This document shows positions 27,649 through 64,000 of a stretch of DNA of 64,000 nucleotides, in pieces. The stretch comes from the human T2T-CHM13v2.0 reference genome, Homo sapiens. Position 1 is the first letter of the stretch. The number at the start of each line of letters is the position of its first letter. Made by a program: the position numbers and the translations under genes. The notes below the pieces were generated by a model. The model was given only the letters and a program-made list of their open reading frames with translations. It was not told the DNA's origin and did no database searches. The DNA lies in assembly GCF_009914755.1 (NCBI RefSeq), contig NC_060939.1. The stretch is one strand, 5' to 3'.

Positions 27649-28491
27649 TTATTCCCTTGGTCAGGCCAGCTCCTAACATTTGCAGGCCCTGGGTAAGAGT
27701 ACAAATGGAGTCCAGCACACCGTATGTTTAAATATTTTAGTTATAAATCAAGCAACAAATTGTTAAGTAAAATATAGTCTGTTTTCCTACATTGACAAAT
27801 AGACCCTCATAATGATGTAGAAGGCCAGGTTCATCTTCAGAATCCCTAGACTCCTTAGAATACCTGGAAACACAGCTGGAATACGGCAGTGTGGGGAGAA
27901 ATGGCTCCCAGTCTTTTCCCACTTCCCTTTCTTTTCTGGTTTCTGGTGCCCACCTACATTCCCTGCCAGGAGCCTTGTATACCATCCTGATACTCCAAGC
28001 CACATCCAACGTCTGCCCGTACCTCTGCAAGCAGCCATGCCTTTGCCACCTTTTCAGATCGAGGAGTGCTCACATTAGCAGCTGGGTCTGCCCTCAGGTG
28101 AAAGCTGAGAAGGGCTCATGCAGGCCATGGTGTCATTTGGGCAGTAAATTCCAGGGGTATTGGTACCCTGAACATGGTCTAGACTCCAGAAGAGGGAAAC
28201 TAGGCTTTGGGTGAGCATATCTCCTTGGCCCCATGGGTTACTCATTTTTTGTAGAGGAAAGAGCCTCGAAGAGAGCCAGAAGTTTTCTCTAAATACGTGG
28301 CCCAGGTCAGGGCAATTCTGCAAGCAATGAGAATTTATTGAGTCCTGGCCATATACCAACCACTGTGCTAAACTCTAGTCGTAGGGTAATAGGTTAACAA
28401 GGAACACAGTAAACTGATAAGTACAACACAGAGATATGTTAGATGATAGAGGTGAGCACAGGGTGCTTCTAAACACAGATGTGTATCATCT

Positions 28492-36230
<7,739 letters not shown>

Positions 36231-36440
36231 GCATCACAGATGTACTCCAGCCGGTAAAAAAAGATGACAGTGGCAGCAGGGCTTTTATGAGACTTCATGG
36301 ACCCTAGGCACTCACACAGTCCAAGACCCTACTCCACTATATATTAAGCACCTTAAAATTTATCTCATGTTCTACATTAAATATTTTTTTAAAAACTGTA
36401 ACATATGAAAGCCTTTTTATAATGTACACAATATTGAGGG

Positions 36441-36730
36441 TTTTTTTTTTTTTTTGAGGCAAGGTCTCACTCTGTCATCTAGGGTAGAATGCAGTGGCAC
36501 AATCTTAGCTCACTGCAACCTCAAACTCCTGGGCTCAAGAAATTCTCCCACCCCACCCTCCCAAGTAGCTACAGATGCATACTGCCATGCCCAGCTAATT
36601 TTTAAATTTTTTGTATAGATGGGATCTTGCTATGTTGCCCAAGCTAGTCTCAAACTCCTGGCCTCAAGCAATCCTCCCACCTTGGCCTCCTGAAGTGCTG
36701 GGATTATGGGCATGAACCACCCCACAGGCC
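36441..36730 (-). mobile_element. Alu (J-like)
   Basis: Antisense Alu. Confidence 0.88.
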
Positions 36731-36828
36731 CTACAATTTTGAATTTTCTGAAGTAAAGATTACTTGTTCTCTTCTTGTAGACATGAACTTTATTTGTATA
36801 CATATACAGACTTTATATATTTATAAGT

Positions 36829-36879
36829 TGATGTATGCATATATATGTGTGTGTACACACACACACACACACACACACA
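36829..36879. repeat. (TA/TG/CA)n alternating purine-pyrimidine microsatellite
   Basis: atatatgtgtgtgtacacacacac... Confidence 0.9.
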
Positions 36880-37595
36880 GAGTGGAGCTAATAAATTGTA
36901 AATATTTTTGTAAATATTTAATTATCATCCACAGGAGCAATAAGTATTTCATTCCTCAAATCTGTGGCACAGATAGAAGTGGAAGTTTATGGGTCTTATT
37001 TTGGTCAATTCTTTTTTTAATGTCTCAAACATTTCTGGAGGCTCTTGAAAAATCTCATGGGCCCTGAGCACTGTGTCTGCAGAACTTCTGGGCAGCAGCA
37101 GTGGGAAAGGAGAAAAGGGAACAAATCAGACAGTCGGGATTGGGAGTGCTTGAACTGCATCTGATGGGGGGTAAAGGAAAGAAAGGGAGGAGAGTCGTGG
37201 CTCACTGCCCACCTGGCTTGGGCACAGCCATCTGCAGAGAGAAAGAGAATGAGGAGAAGGCATAAGTTGTAGGAGAGAGGGTGAATTGTATTTGGGACAG
37301 AAAGACATCTGCCCTCCTATCAACAAGGGTATAAAATTCCTCTTTCCTTCTTAGTACACATCATCTAGGGTTGGCCTGGAAAATACCTGCCTCCTCTAAT
37401 GTCCTTACTAATATGAAGAGCATATCCTAAGAATGTGGTAATAGTCCTCTGGTAATTAAGGAAAATGCCAGTCTGTGGAATAAGCAGTCCCTATAGGCTA
37501 TTGTGCTAGAAAAGGATGATGTGCTATCTTCTCATTGCTTCCTTTCTTCCAGAATTCCTTTGTTTACTTCTCTTATCAGCTTTTCAGTTTCATAG

Positions 37596-37970
<375 letters not shown>

Positions 37971-38409
37971 TAATAAATGAAATCCCCTGATCCAGGAAGG
38001 AATTCCTACTAGAAAGCTGCATTCAATAAGTCAGTGCATTTTTGAAAGATTAGAAGCATGCTGATGTTGATTAAAATGATCTGGTAATTGCCTGGGGAAA
38101 TATGGGGTGTTCTGGTTAATTGAATACTATCCCTTTATATTCAGTGGTTGTTACTGAAAAATCTTCTTAATGTATTAATCTACTCTCTTGCTGGATGGCT
38201 GAGGATCTGCCAGTGCCTTGGCTACCATTCCTCCCACAGTGCACAAGCTGAATAAAGTGCAGGGCCTGTGGTCATGCCTAGTGTTGTGAATATGCATTTG
38301 TTCTCAACTTATTTGTTTTTCTCTATTCTCTTTGCCCTAACAGTGAAATACTATGAATTTCTTGATGCTTAGGCAAGAGTTTTAGATGAGCACTATGTTT
38401 GGGAATGTT

Positions 38410-38712
<303 letters not shown>

Positions 38713-38772
38713 AGGAAATGTTATTATTATCTAGGAAGGGCCCCTGAATGTCTCTGAGAAGCTAACTCATAA

Positions 38773-39039
<267 letters not shown>

Positions 39040-39903
39040 TAGCCTCATTTACAGGTACCTGTAGACTGTTGTCAATTTAATCTCCTTTTGAGGTATTGGT
39101 GGGGCCAGGCATGGAGACTTCTCCCTGGTCATGTAATAGTAACTATATGTACAGAACAGGTATGGTGGGTCAGATACTGTTCTACCATTTCACATGTGCT
39201 AGCCCATTTAATCCTCATGGCAGCCTTAGGGGGGAAGTAAAATTTTTTATTCCTGTTCAGAAGAGGCAACTGACTTATGGAAGCTAAATAACTTATTTGA
39301 GGTAACATGGAAAGTCAGGCTTCAAACCAGGCAGTATGGCCCTGGAGTCCACACCCTTCCAGCACTCAGCAGTCCTCTCATACAAACCAGAGCTTGCTCT
39401 TTTTCCCTCAGCCTGAGGATGAACCAGGCCTCCATGAGGAGTATGGTATCGAAAACTGTAGACAGTGTCCTAGATAGGTGAGCTGTTACTCTTGGTTGCC
39501 CCCCAAAAGCTAGGCTCCCTCTAGCCTGTCCTTATGTTTGGGTGAAACAGACTGTTACCTCTGGATTTGAGGAGCTTTCCTACTTTGTGGAGGATGAGAA
39601 GGCAAATGTCAGCATTGGCTGGAAGTGAGTGAGGTGGCTGTGTCATATTGTGGCAGGCAAAGCGGAAAGTGCCTGCTCACTTGGAGATCATCTGTGAAGG
39701 CATGCATCTCTCTAGACCTCAGGCTCTGCTCAACCAGCACAGGCACACTGAAGAACTTTCTGCAGGAGAGTGACCTGACCAGACTGGCATTTAAGAAGGG
39801 CACTCTAGCAGGAGTTTGAAAAAGGCAAAATGAGAGGCAGAAAAACTATGCAGTCATTAAGGAGAGAAAATTCTGAACATCTGAACCAAGACAGGGGCTG
39901 TTA

Positions 39904-40219
<316 letters not shown>

Positions 40220-41361
40220 GTGTACTATGGTTATGTAAGATGTTAACATTAGGGGAAGCAAGACAAGGGATACAAAGAAACTCTGTACTATTTTTGTAAC
40301 TTTTTTATAAGTCTAAAATTAGTTCAAAATAAAAAGCTTAAAAAATGAAAGGAATGTTTAATGGAAAAACTTAGGGAATGATGGAATATGCATATGGGTC
40401 AAGTAGTGGGAAAGTGTGCCTGGGGGGCAATGAAGGAGAATGCCTCCCCCTTTGTGCCTTAGAATACTGGGTGGATGATGATGTCATTTCTTGATAACAG
40501 TTATGGGAAAATAAGATTTCAGGGTTCTGTGAGTTGAAGAATTCCATTTGAACATGTGCAGACTTGAGGCATCTAGGGATATCTCTGTGGGAATGTTGAT
40601 ACTCAGAAGGAGTTTAGTGTAAAGATAGGATCATATGTATCACACTACATTATACTAGATGGTTTCAAGTCTGTGTAACCCTGAATATGATGAATCTGAA
40701 GGTAGACTGTCTTGGTGTCCCTAGCACATTTGTTGGCATGAATGAGATATCCCATGAATCTGTACTGGGTTGAGTTAGACGTTTACCCACAGTGGGCCAG
40801 ATGCCTTTACAAGGTTATATTATAGTATAGAGAGGCAAGTCATAAGTATGTGGGAGGCACCTCAAGAAAGAGGTAAGAATTCATCGTGGGTGATGGTTGT
40901 ATACTGGAGCCATTAGGTTAAATGAGAATTAGATTAACATATTTACTTATTAATTCAACAAAATTAACTGCACGAGGAGCTTGTTGGGATTGAGAGGCAA
41001 GACACATGGAACAGTCAGCTATGATCTTTCCCTCAAAGAATCTATGAATTCTCAAGAGGAATACAATACATTTGCAGGAAACAGTTGGATAATGGTGTGA
41101 AGCAGTAAGGGATGGTGTGCTCAATCAGGCAGATAGGAATCAACCAGTGGATGGATGTAGCCCATGTCTTACAGGAGACGTCTGGGAGATGCCGGTGGAG
41201 CCAGGGTAGGTGGAGAGGACCCAGGAAGGAAAACAACCCGAACATTCAAGAGGGGTGGAGGAAGGCAGGGAGACCAAGAGCAGCATAGGCAGTGGAGGGG
41301 CTGGGAAGGAGGCCTAAGAATGAGCGAGCTCATGATGGTAAGTTCACAAAGTCCAATATAA

Positions 41362-41565
<204 letters not shown>

Positions 41566-42349
41566 TGATAGCTGGCCTAGATTAGAAAGAAATAGAGACC
41601 TCCATGGCCAGAGAGCCTCCTCCAAAATATCCATTTAAAAGATCCGCGACCATCAAAGGGTACATGCTGAATTCCTTGGATTTAGTTACCCTGTTGTCAA
41701 GAAAAGAAAATTAGCAAAGGAACTCCAGATTTTTCTTTTGAGAATCAGACCAACATATCTAATAAGTACTCAAAAGTCCCTAAATATCCTGGGCTGTTTC
41801 ACATTCCCCTTCCCTTGCCCATGCTGTTCCTTCTGCTTCAAATGCTCTCCTTGTCTCCCTGCCGCCTTGTCTCCCTACCAAAATTTCCCCCATTCTTCAA
41901 GACCAGCTCAAATATCTCCTCTAAGATACTTTCCCTTATATACCCAAGAGGAGCTGATCTCTCCCTGCTTTGTGCCACTGACAAAGAGAACACAGTTTCT
42001 ACCACAGTGTTTCCCGCACCCTCTACCCTAGTTTGTTCATGTGACTGCTTCTCCTGAGGGAAGAGGACCTGTCTTATTTACCTTTTGAATCCCCTTTTCC
42101 CAGATCATTGCCTACAATACTGTAAGTTCTCAGAAAGTATTTTTCAAATCAATGAATTCCCGAAAGAGAGGGTATTACTCAGAGTAAGGTTTTTTTTTTT
42201 TTCTTAAATAGAGACAGGGTCTTGCCATGTTGTTGCCCAGCCTGGTCATGAACTCCTGGCCTCAGGTGATCCTCCTGCCTCAGCCTCCCAAAGTACTGGG
42301 ATTACAGGTGTGAGTCATAGTAGATTTTTTTATTATAATTTGTCTTCTA

Positions 42350-46490
<4,141 letters not shown>

Positions 46491-47844
46491 TACTGGGAAT
46501 GTCCCGCAACTCATTTTATGAGACCAGCATAACTATGATATTCAAATTATCAGGGATGTTACAAAAAAAGTACTGTTGGTGGATTAAAACACATAAAAAT
46601 ATTTAAAATCCATTAATTCATGATAATATATTTTAAATACTTCATTGTCACAACTTTGGAAGTTGTGAGGGAAGTTTCAGAAACTCAGTATTCTGAAAAC
46701 TGATAAGGGAAAGAATCAAGCTTTTATTCTGACTTTTTCATATGGGCAACCAATTTCAAGGCAACAAAATGGTTGATGATGGAAAGATCTTCCTTATAGA
46801 AGAATTCTAATAAATGCAGAAGGAATGATAGAACTGAGGTATCCTACTTTTGTTGCCTATTACAAAGAATGGTCTAGGCAATAACCACCAATGGCTGATG
46901 GGGAAGTTTGTAATAAAGGAGTCAGGATGATAACTGTTCTCAACTGTCAACCTTAACATTACTAAAAGAGAGACAACCAGCTATTATGAGCCTCCTGATA
47001 TGATGCAGTAGGAAGGACACAGTGCACCTGTGGAGTGTTCTTGCCAAAACATTGAACCTAAACCTAATCAAAGCTGTAGATCTGATTATCAGTTTACAGG
47101 AAATACAGGAACCATGGAGATGCAATCAATCCAGTTCACAATGCGAAAAATTCCATAGGACAAATGACACGGTTTCTTCAACAAATAAATGGCAAACAGA
47201 AAAACAAATGAGGGAGCTAATATAAATTAAGAGACTTAGGAGATACATTAGGCCGGGCATGGTGGCTCATGCCCCTATAATCCTAGCACTTTGAGAGGCC
47301 ATCTTGGGAAGATCACTTGCAAGCCAGGAGTTCAAGACCAGCCTGGGCAACAAAGTGAGATTCCGTCTCTCTTAAAATTTTTAAAAATTAGCGAGTCTCA
47401 AAAAAAAAAAAAAAAAAAGATAGCATAACCATTCACATTGAGCCTCTCTGACCTTATCCACAATTTGAGCAGGTTTCATACTAAGGTTACATTCAGTCTC
47501 TACCATAGTCTAAATAGAGCCTTTTGTCCAGCAACTACCAGAGTTTTCAGTGTCATGTAGAATTTATTTCCATTTAGTTGAATAATTGGATGCCAGCATA
47601 GGCTTTAGGGTTTGCACACCTGACCAGGAGATCCAATAGTATGCCAGATGTCACCAGGAGCATTTAAGAAACCAGGAAATAAGTTCAAAAACCTTACATA
47701 GAAAAGCGAGTTCTACTTCTTTACATATCATCTTGTCCAATTCCTGTACAAAAATGGGAAGTATGAAGCAGTTTGAAGCATCTTTTCATGTCCCAAGGTT
47801 TAAAAGGATCTCTGTTCCTGGGTGCAGACCACAGAAGGTCCTGA

Positions 47845-48069
<225 letters not shown>

Positions 48070-48694
48070 TAGAAATTATTTTCAATTGAAAGAAGAGTTG
48101 CAAAGAAATTACAGAGTTCCCTTATGCCCTTCACCCAGCTTCCCTAATATTAATGTTCAACATGGCCACACCACATTTGTCAAAACTAAGCAAATGACAC
48201 TGGTACAGTACTATTAACTAACTCTTAACTACAGATTTTTTTTTTTCGGATTTCACTAGTTTTTCCACTAATCTTTTTTTTTTTTTTTTTTTTTTTTTTG
48301 CTCCAAAGTTCAATCTGGGATACCATATTATATTTAGTCATTGTGTCTCCTTAGTCTCCTCCTACCTAGGATGGTTTCTTGGCCTTTCCTCATTTTTCAA
48401 GGCCTTAAACAGTACCAGTCAGGTATTTTGTAGAATGTCCCTCAATTTCAGCTTGTCTGATATTTTTCTCATAATTCAACTGGGGTTAAGGATTTGGGGG
48501 AAGATACAACAGAGGTGACAAGCTTTTCTCATTGCATCATATCAAGGGGTACATGATAGCAGCATGACTCACTACTGCTAATACTAACCTTGATCACTTC
48601 AAGTGGTGTCCGCCAGGTTTCTCCACTGTAGAGCTACTGTTTTCCCCTTCCCATCCTCTGTAAGGAGCAAGTCACTACATCCAGACCACACTCA

Positions 48695-49147
<453 letters not shown>

Positions 49148-49265
49148 TTAATGTTTTACCCACCAATCTCAGCACTCATCATTGGATCTTGCCTGCTGCA
49201 GTTATCACTGGGACAATAGAACATATTTTATTCAAATGCTTGTTGCCTTGATTTTTAACCTTTAA

Positions 49266-49820
<555 letters not shown>

Positions 49821-50110
49821 AAGATTACTTTTTAAGAAAAAAATTTAGCCAGGATCCCATACCATGGGAGAACAACCTTTCCTAGGTTAACATATATTTG
49901 CTATAGAAGCTGAGCATGTTTCTTTGACAAGATAAAGTCCCACAGCCAACCCATGGGTTGTTATCTCCTCAAATATTGGTCAGAAGAATTCTTTAGGTAC
50001 ATCTTTCCCAATTCTAACCCTTCCTCAGACACACTTCTCTCAGTTGCTGATTCTGTATTTGCTGCCCTCCTCCCCAGACAGGTAAAACTGAAGGCAAAAT
50101 GTCAGTGGAT

Positions 50111-50513
<403 letters not shown>

Positions 50514-50779
50514 AATGTCAATGGAATTTACCATTTGCAACAAAGAAAATGTGGGGGCTGGGCAGAACAATTTGGTTAAAAAGCTGTTGCATGAGTGCTG
50601 TTAGTGTGAGAAGCCCCTGTTTCTCTTAGATAGGTGGTGGTGGGTTGAGGGGATAACTCTCCATGGGAAAGTTATGTGGGGCATGAGGACTTGCAATAAC
50701 CATTGCAGAACTACTTCTCCTTCAGTATGTCAAAGTTGCCTGGTATGGAGGTGGCTGGTCTCTTTGCCAGCAGTTCTAA

Positions 50780-50998
<219 letters not shown>

Positions 50999-51351
50999 TG
51001 ATATGTTTCTCCCTACCCCTGACCCACATCTAGCCCAAGTCCTTGGAAACTTATGGTGAATGAGGCCTCTGGGCTATAAGAGAGGACAACAGGAATATTG
51101 GCCCCTGTCTCCCAAGTCAATTTCCTTTGGTTAAAATAAGATATTAAAAAGTAGAGGTGTCTTCAGTAGTGGGAATCGCAGTATCTCTAGTCTGGGAGTT
51201 GCCTCTCCACTGAGACCACTCCCAGGCATTTCTCTGGAAGGAGGGTCTTTTGTCCTGACTCCTGCTTCACTGGTAATCTTTTTTTCCCTCCTGGCTGAAA
51301 TAATCTTTTCATGCCTCAAATTCCATTAAATTTTTCCAGACTATGGTATAA

Positions 51352-51762
<411 letters not shown>

Positions 51763-52789
51763 TGTGCTATGTTTTTAAGATATAGTTGCTCAGTAAATAT
51801 TAAGACTTAATTTGCTTATTTATACAGTGTATGCTTATTATTTTTACTTTTAAACCACCAACATTAATATATTAATATTAACTGAGCATCCCTTTAAAAT
51901 ACATTGTATTAGGTGCTAAATAAATTAGTGAAATTATTAATATAGGAGACCAAGATTGAGAGTTACATTCACTGCTGAGCTCAAGTGGCTTTGAATAAAT
52001 GCCTTTATGCCCAGTGAATATCTTCATAATGGAGTGTAGTCCTATGTCCCTGGGAAAGTTACTAGCCCAGAGATATTCCTCCTCTAAGCTATTACAGAAT
52101 GTTATTATTTGTATGTATTTTTTGACGCTTCTCACATACTGCCTAGGTTTGTAGTTATCCTGTTATACATGAAAATCCTCTTGTCTTCAATGGATAATAA
52201 ATTTCTAGATTGTTAAGATCATACCTTCTGCTTTTTATCAACAAATTCCATAGTATCATACTTGGTACTCAAAAAGATATATTTTTGTTTGGACTAATTT
52301 GTTAACCAAATAGGAAAAGCACCTTGAATGGGGTGGTTTCTCACCATAATTCACTTCTTTTTCATACACTGAGAAGCAGCCAATGAATGCCAGTTACAGT
52401 GGTAGTTCTTTTACTACGAATTATATTTAGAGTTACTTAAATGTAATTCTCAACATCACCAATATGTTTTGCCAATCAGAAATATTTGCCTCAATTTGGA
52501 TTCTTGTAATGGTGTTCTGACTGATCTCCTCAACTCTATTCATTCAGATTTCCTCTTGTTATTAACTATTTCCTGTTTCCCCACCTACCTTTTAAGATCC
52601 TGAAAAATAGGGATCGTGTGTTGAAGTTCTGCAGGCCAGAGGCCCACACAAATACTGGCCCTCCACATCTGTTGCATGAATTCACTCACAAGAGTAATTG
52701 AGGGGAAGAGAGAGCATGCCAGAAGATTAAAGGGGGTGGTAAACATACATCAAACCTATTGTGAATTAATTTCTCATTTTTCTTCTCAG

Positions 52790-52828
52790 AACACCCTTGG
52801 TCCCATTTCTGCAGATCCTTTAGAAATG
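52790..52828 (+). CDS. WDR93: WDR93 exon 7 (NTLGPISADPLEM)
   Basis: ttctcag|AAC ... ATG|gtaaga; 39 nt, phase 0-0. Confidence 0.85.
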
Positions 52829-52899
52829 GTAAGAAACTTTAAAGAAAATCTCCAGAGAGACTTAAGTTTGTATTTTAGAGATTTTTTAAAAATTATTAT

Positions 52900-53258
<359 letters not shown>

Positions 53259-53938
53259 TGAAATTTACCCTAAATGTCAAATATGCTAATGAAATGTTCC
53301 ACCTGGGCACTATTTTCAATTCTCAGTGACTTAATCTTGTGCCTCATATCCATTGAAGATGACCTCCCGTCCCTGAGGACAGTTGACCCAAGTCATTTGG
53401 CCAGACGTGGGTTTACCTGAAGTTAAGGGAGCTTAAATTTCAGGGCCCCTCACTTGGGCCCCTGGAAGGGGCCCTAGCAATGTGTTCATATGGTTATATA
53501 TTTTTGTAAAATTAGCAAAGGTAACATATTGTAACCATAATCACTTAATTCCACTACCTCTTCACTCTAGCTTTCCTCTGTCACAATTTCCTCCATATTA
53601 GATGGAATTACAGTGGCCATGGGCATTTTGTGTTCATAGTTCTGTCTTCTTTTTCTTAAAAGAGGGTCCTATGAATCCTGGATTTGCCTCTACCAAAATA
53701 ACAGCCCAATTCACCAAGCCGAGTGACTTGGGGGTTTTGTGTTTGTTTTGGAATACCTTAGAAAACAGAGCAGTTTCCCTGGAGCTTCCTGGCTCTTCCT
53801 CTGAGACCAGGAACATACCATGTCTTCAGAAAGCATGGCTCTTGGAGGACTCAGGCGTGTCAGTAGAGTAGTGGTGAACTTCTGAAGTGGAAGTATCTCG
53901 CTAGAGCCCCTTCTTTTTTCCCTTTCAAAGTTACATTA

Positions 53939-54530
<592 letters not shown>

Positions 54531-55179
54531 AGTTATATTTCACATTGTACAAATAATATATGAATATATCACTCTTGGAAAAGTCAAGGAATTCAGATAA
54601 ACAGCTCTCTCCAGAGGTAATCACCATTATTAGCTTGACATGTTTTTTTGTTTGTTTGTTTGTTTTGTATTTTTAGTAGAGGCAGGGTTTCACTATGTTG
54701 GCCAGGCTAGTCTCGAACGCCTGACCTCAGGTCATCCACCCGCTTTGGCCTCCCAAAGTGCTGGGATTACAGGCATGAGCCACCGCGCCCAGCCCCAGTT
54801 GATGTGTGTTTTCTAGATCTTTAGTGTGTATTTACATCTTACATTTATTTTGAAAAATACAGTTTTGTTTCATGGAATTTTTTTTCTACATAAGTGGCAT
54901 CATACTGTATATATTTTCTTATAAACTTGCATTTTTTTACTCATCAATTTGTTTGCACATTTTTTTCTTTTTCTTTTTTCATTTTGAAACAGGGGCTCAC
55001 TCTGTCACTCAGGCTGGAATGTAATGGCATGATCATGGCTCACTGCAGCCTCAACCTCCTGGGCTCAAGCAGTCCTCTCACCTCAGCTTCCCAAATAGCT
55101 AAGACTACAGTTGTGTGCTGCTATGCTTGTCTAATTTTTAAAAATTTTTATAGAAAAACATGTTGCTCAGGCTGGGCAT

Positions 55180-57935
<2,756 letters not shown>

Positions 57936-57937
57936 AG

Positions 57938-58165
<228 letters not shown>

Positions 58166-58758
58166 TAAGCTCTGAGACATTAAAACAAAAAATGTAAGTA
58201 ATGCATTTGTATTACATACAGTTAACTAACAGAATTGGAAGGTCAGGAGAAAAAGATATCTTTTCTGAATTGCCAGGTTGAGTTCATTTATTCCTACATT
58301 TCTGTGCTGATTCATTTGACTGCTAGTTGTAATACATTCATTCCTACATTCTTGTGTTAATTTATTCATTATTATTTGCTGAATGCCCATAATGCACCAA
58401 GCACAAAGATGAGTAAAACACCTCTCCTCTCCTGCACTCTAGAAGTTGATAGTCTACTAAGGGAGAATGACAAGAAACCACCATAGTAGGATGTGATAAG
58501 TACAGCAATGGGGACCATCAAGGGCTGTGAAAACTCAGGGTAAGAAGCGACTGACTTGCTAGGGAGTAAGGGACATTTGGGCACAGTTTCAAAGAAAGGG
58601 ACTTGGTCAAGAGGAGCAGAGAGGCTAGCTATTGTAGGCGGCAAATACAGAGGATATCCTCTCAGCATTCACACATGATCACAAAGACATATCTATAAGA
58701 ATGTTCACCCCTGGTGGACTAGTAGTTACGATTAAAAAAAAAACCAGAAAAATGTTTA

Positions 58759-59601
<843 letters not shown>

Positions 59602-59721
59602 TTACAGAGGCAGCGCTATGGAGCTCTGGAGAAAGGGTGGCCATTTCAATAAGTGGTGGTGGCTGTTTATGTGGAGACAAAAATAAAACTTAACCCCTGC
59701 CTCATGCCGTACACAAAACTA

Positions 59722-60315
<594 letters not shown>

Positions 60316-60849
60316 TTACAATTTTTAAAAATTGAATAAATTTGACTACATTAAAATTAGGAATTTCAGATCATTCAAAGACATCATTAAGAGGATGAAA
60401 GATCAGGCCACAGAGAGGTAGAAGTTATTTGCAAAACACATAAAACCCACTAATGGTTCATGTCCAGAATATATGAAGAATTACTACAGATTCTTAAGAA
60501 AAAGAGGGAGAATCCAGTACAAAACATGCAAGAGTATTGCACAGGCTATTCACAAAAAAAAGATTATTTAAATGACCAATAAACATGAAAAGGTGCTCAC
60601 CATCATTAGTCTGCAGGGAAGTGCAAATTAAAATCACAGTGAAGTAGCGTAACACATTCACTAGGATGGGTAAAATTAAAAAGACTGACCACACCAAGTG
60701 ATGGTGAAGATGTGGAACAATCAGTACTCCCATACGTTGCATTTAGCAATGAAAACTGGTACAACCACTTTGGAAAATGTGTTTGCTATTATCTAGTAAA
60801 GCTGACAATAATTTGTATCCTATGACACAGTATTTACACTGCTAGGTGA

Positions 60850-60962
60850 TAGGGTGACCAACCATACCAGTTTGCCTGACTGAGGGGTTTCCTGGGATGT
60901 GAGATTTTTCAGTGCTAAAACTAGGAAACTCCTAAGCAAGCCATTTTGAGTTAGTCACCCTA
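60850..60962. mobile_element. MER81-like hAT MITE
   Basis: TIRs TAGGGTGACCAAC ... GTTAGTCACCCTA, 113 bp. Confidence 0.8.
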
Positions 60963-61411
60963 CTTCTAGGAATGTACCCATAGATTTGCAAGCAAGTGTG
61001 TTCCAGGAAACATGTGCATGAATGGTGATAGTGACATGATTTTTAATAGCCCCAAACACAAAGCAACTAAATTTTCATCAGTAGTAGAACAGATAAATTG
61101 TACTATATTTATTCAATGGGATACTATACAGCAATGAAAAATGAACAAGCTGCAGCTACACACAGCAAAATGGATAAATCTCATGAACAATATTGAGCAA
61201 AAGAGGACAGCCATAGAGTTAATACTGCATGGTTCCCCTTATGTACAGTTTAGAATCAGGCAAAATGAAACTATGGTGTTGAGGACGCATGTTTAGGTGA
61301 TAAAAGCATAAATAAATGCAATGAAGTGGCTACCATAAAGGTCAGGAGAGTGGTTGCCACTCTTCCCAGAGAATTGTGATTAGAAAGGGGCCCCTGGGAA
61401 GCTTCTAGTGA

Positions 61412-61749
<338 letters not shown>

Positions 61750-61981
61750 ATGTTCTATTTCTTGACCTGAGTAGATGATACCAGAGGTTTGCTTTATAAT
61801 AACTCATTAAGGTATATTAAGGTATATATTTTATGCTCTTTTCAGAATGTATGTTACACTTCACAATAAGAAAAAGGTTTAATAACTAAAGATAAGCAAC
61901 AATGAAGAGGATCTATAGTACTAATATGAAATAATCTCTAAAACATTTTAGTAAGTGAAAATACAAGGGGAATAATGTATA

Positions 61982-62290
61982 ATAGCAATTCTCAAACTTT
62001 AGCTGCATCAGACTCATTTGGAGAACTCATTAAAACCCAGATTGTTTGCCTATAGTGCCAGCTACTCAAGAAGCTGAGATGGAAGGATTGCTTGAACCAG
62101 GGAGTTCAAGCCTAGCCTGGGCAATAGAACACAACCCCCATCTCAAAAAACAACCCAGATTGCTGGGCCCCACCACAGAGTTTCTTCTATTCCAGTAGGT
62201 CTGGGGTGGGCCCTGAGAATCTGTATTTTTAACAAGTTCCCAGGTGACTCTGCCACTGCTGATCTGGCATCGTCCTTTGAGAGCTAGTGT
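61982..62290 (+). mobile_element. MER5A-like hAT element interrupted by an Alu monomer (~62045-62152)
   Basis: ttctcaaacttt..gcatcaga..; gtaggtctggggtgggccctgagaatctg; TSD aacccagattg. Confidence 0.75.
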
Positions 62291-63021
62291 ATCATACGAT
62301 ATTATGTGTTTATAAAACTGGTGTCTGCCTCTAGAAAATTATGCAGTTGTCTCTGAGGAAGCAGTCAAGGGCACTGTGGAATCTCCTCGGCAACTTGAGG
62401 GACGCAGGTACCTTCCAAAGTGAACAGAATTCTGAAACTCAGGGTGCAAATCCAGAAAACAAGTCATCCAGTTTTACTGTGGATTTAGGAACAGATGAAA
62501 AAGAAGGAAATGAAAGGTTATTGGGAAGAGAAGTAGTAAGAAAAGTGACTGACAGAGAAAGATTTTTTTAAAGGAAGGTAATTGGGTAAATGTTGGCATA
62601 AGAAGAGACTGAGACTGCCTAATTATGTGAGTGTTCAGCAGTGGCTGAAAAGTGATGGTAACTGGCAGATCTGGGGCCTTCCTCAGCTGGGGAGACAGGG
62701 ACAGTGATCTAAAGTCTCCAGTGGCATTGTGAACATTTCCCTGCCCCACCGCCCCCCACACCCTGGCCTTTGCAAATATTCTGTAATCCAAAAGCAGAGA
62801 GAATGATGTTGGGATGAAGATACAGAAGAAGGAGGACAGCAGCTGCTCTCTGCCTGGGCTCTGTGAGCTGGTGGGGTACAGGAGAGGCCGGGAGAAGACT
62901 GAATACAGACCAATTGCAGAGCAAGAATCGATTTCTGAGGCTGAGGGATTCTGCAGGAAGCTGGGAAGAGTGGAAGAAGTAGGGGAAAATCAGGAAAGGG
63001 GGAGTCACATGGCTTGACTAA

Positions 63022-63216
<195 letters not shown>

Positions 63217-63317
63217 TGAGCCCCCTAATCCCGGGAAAGCCAGGGAGCATCCCCAGGCTTCTGCTGTCTTGGCACATGCAGGAATCAACCCAGGGACCTG
63301 AATTAATCTGAGATCTA

Positions 63318-63584
<267 letters not shown>

Positions 63585-63686
63585 CTATGGAAATGAGAAA
63601 TATAATTTATTTCAGTTTTATACATGACAGCTCTAAAAATTTTTTTTTCTTTTTAAATTTTTTTTTCTAGTTATCTAAAAGCACAG

Positions 63687-64000
<314 letters not shown>

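Overview
Human genomic DNA (recognisably the chr15q26.1 PLIN1-PEX11A-WDR93 locus). The minus strand carries complete PLIN1 (9 exons; the spliced CDS reconstructs to 522 aa) and complete PEX11A (3 exons, 247 aa). The plus strand carries the 5' part of WDR93 (non-coding exon 1 plus coding exons 2-9, c.1-1052), which shares a bidirectional CpG-island promoter with PEX11A. Introns are dense with Alu, old L1, MIR/L2, an ERV solo LTR and DNA-transposon relics, and hold three retrocopies: RPL36A, YBX1, and a U6 snRNA split by an Alu. I found no evidence of a new biological system. The best second-look items are: the open alternative frame of PLIN1 exon 9 with flanking cryptic acceptors; a perilipin-B-like read-through tail; a splice-switchable uORF pair in the PLIN1 5'UTR; a PPRE cluster between PEX11A and PLIN1; an ETS palindrome plus RFX X-box at the WDR93 start; a GC-AG intron; and processing signals apparently supplied by TEs. 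Repeat boundaries and subfamilies were assigned by eye and are approximate.
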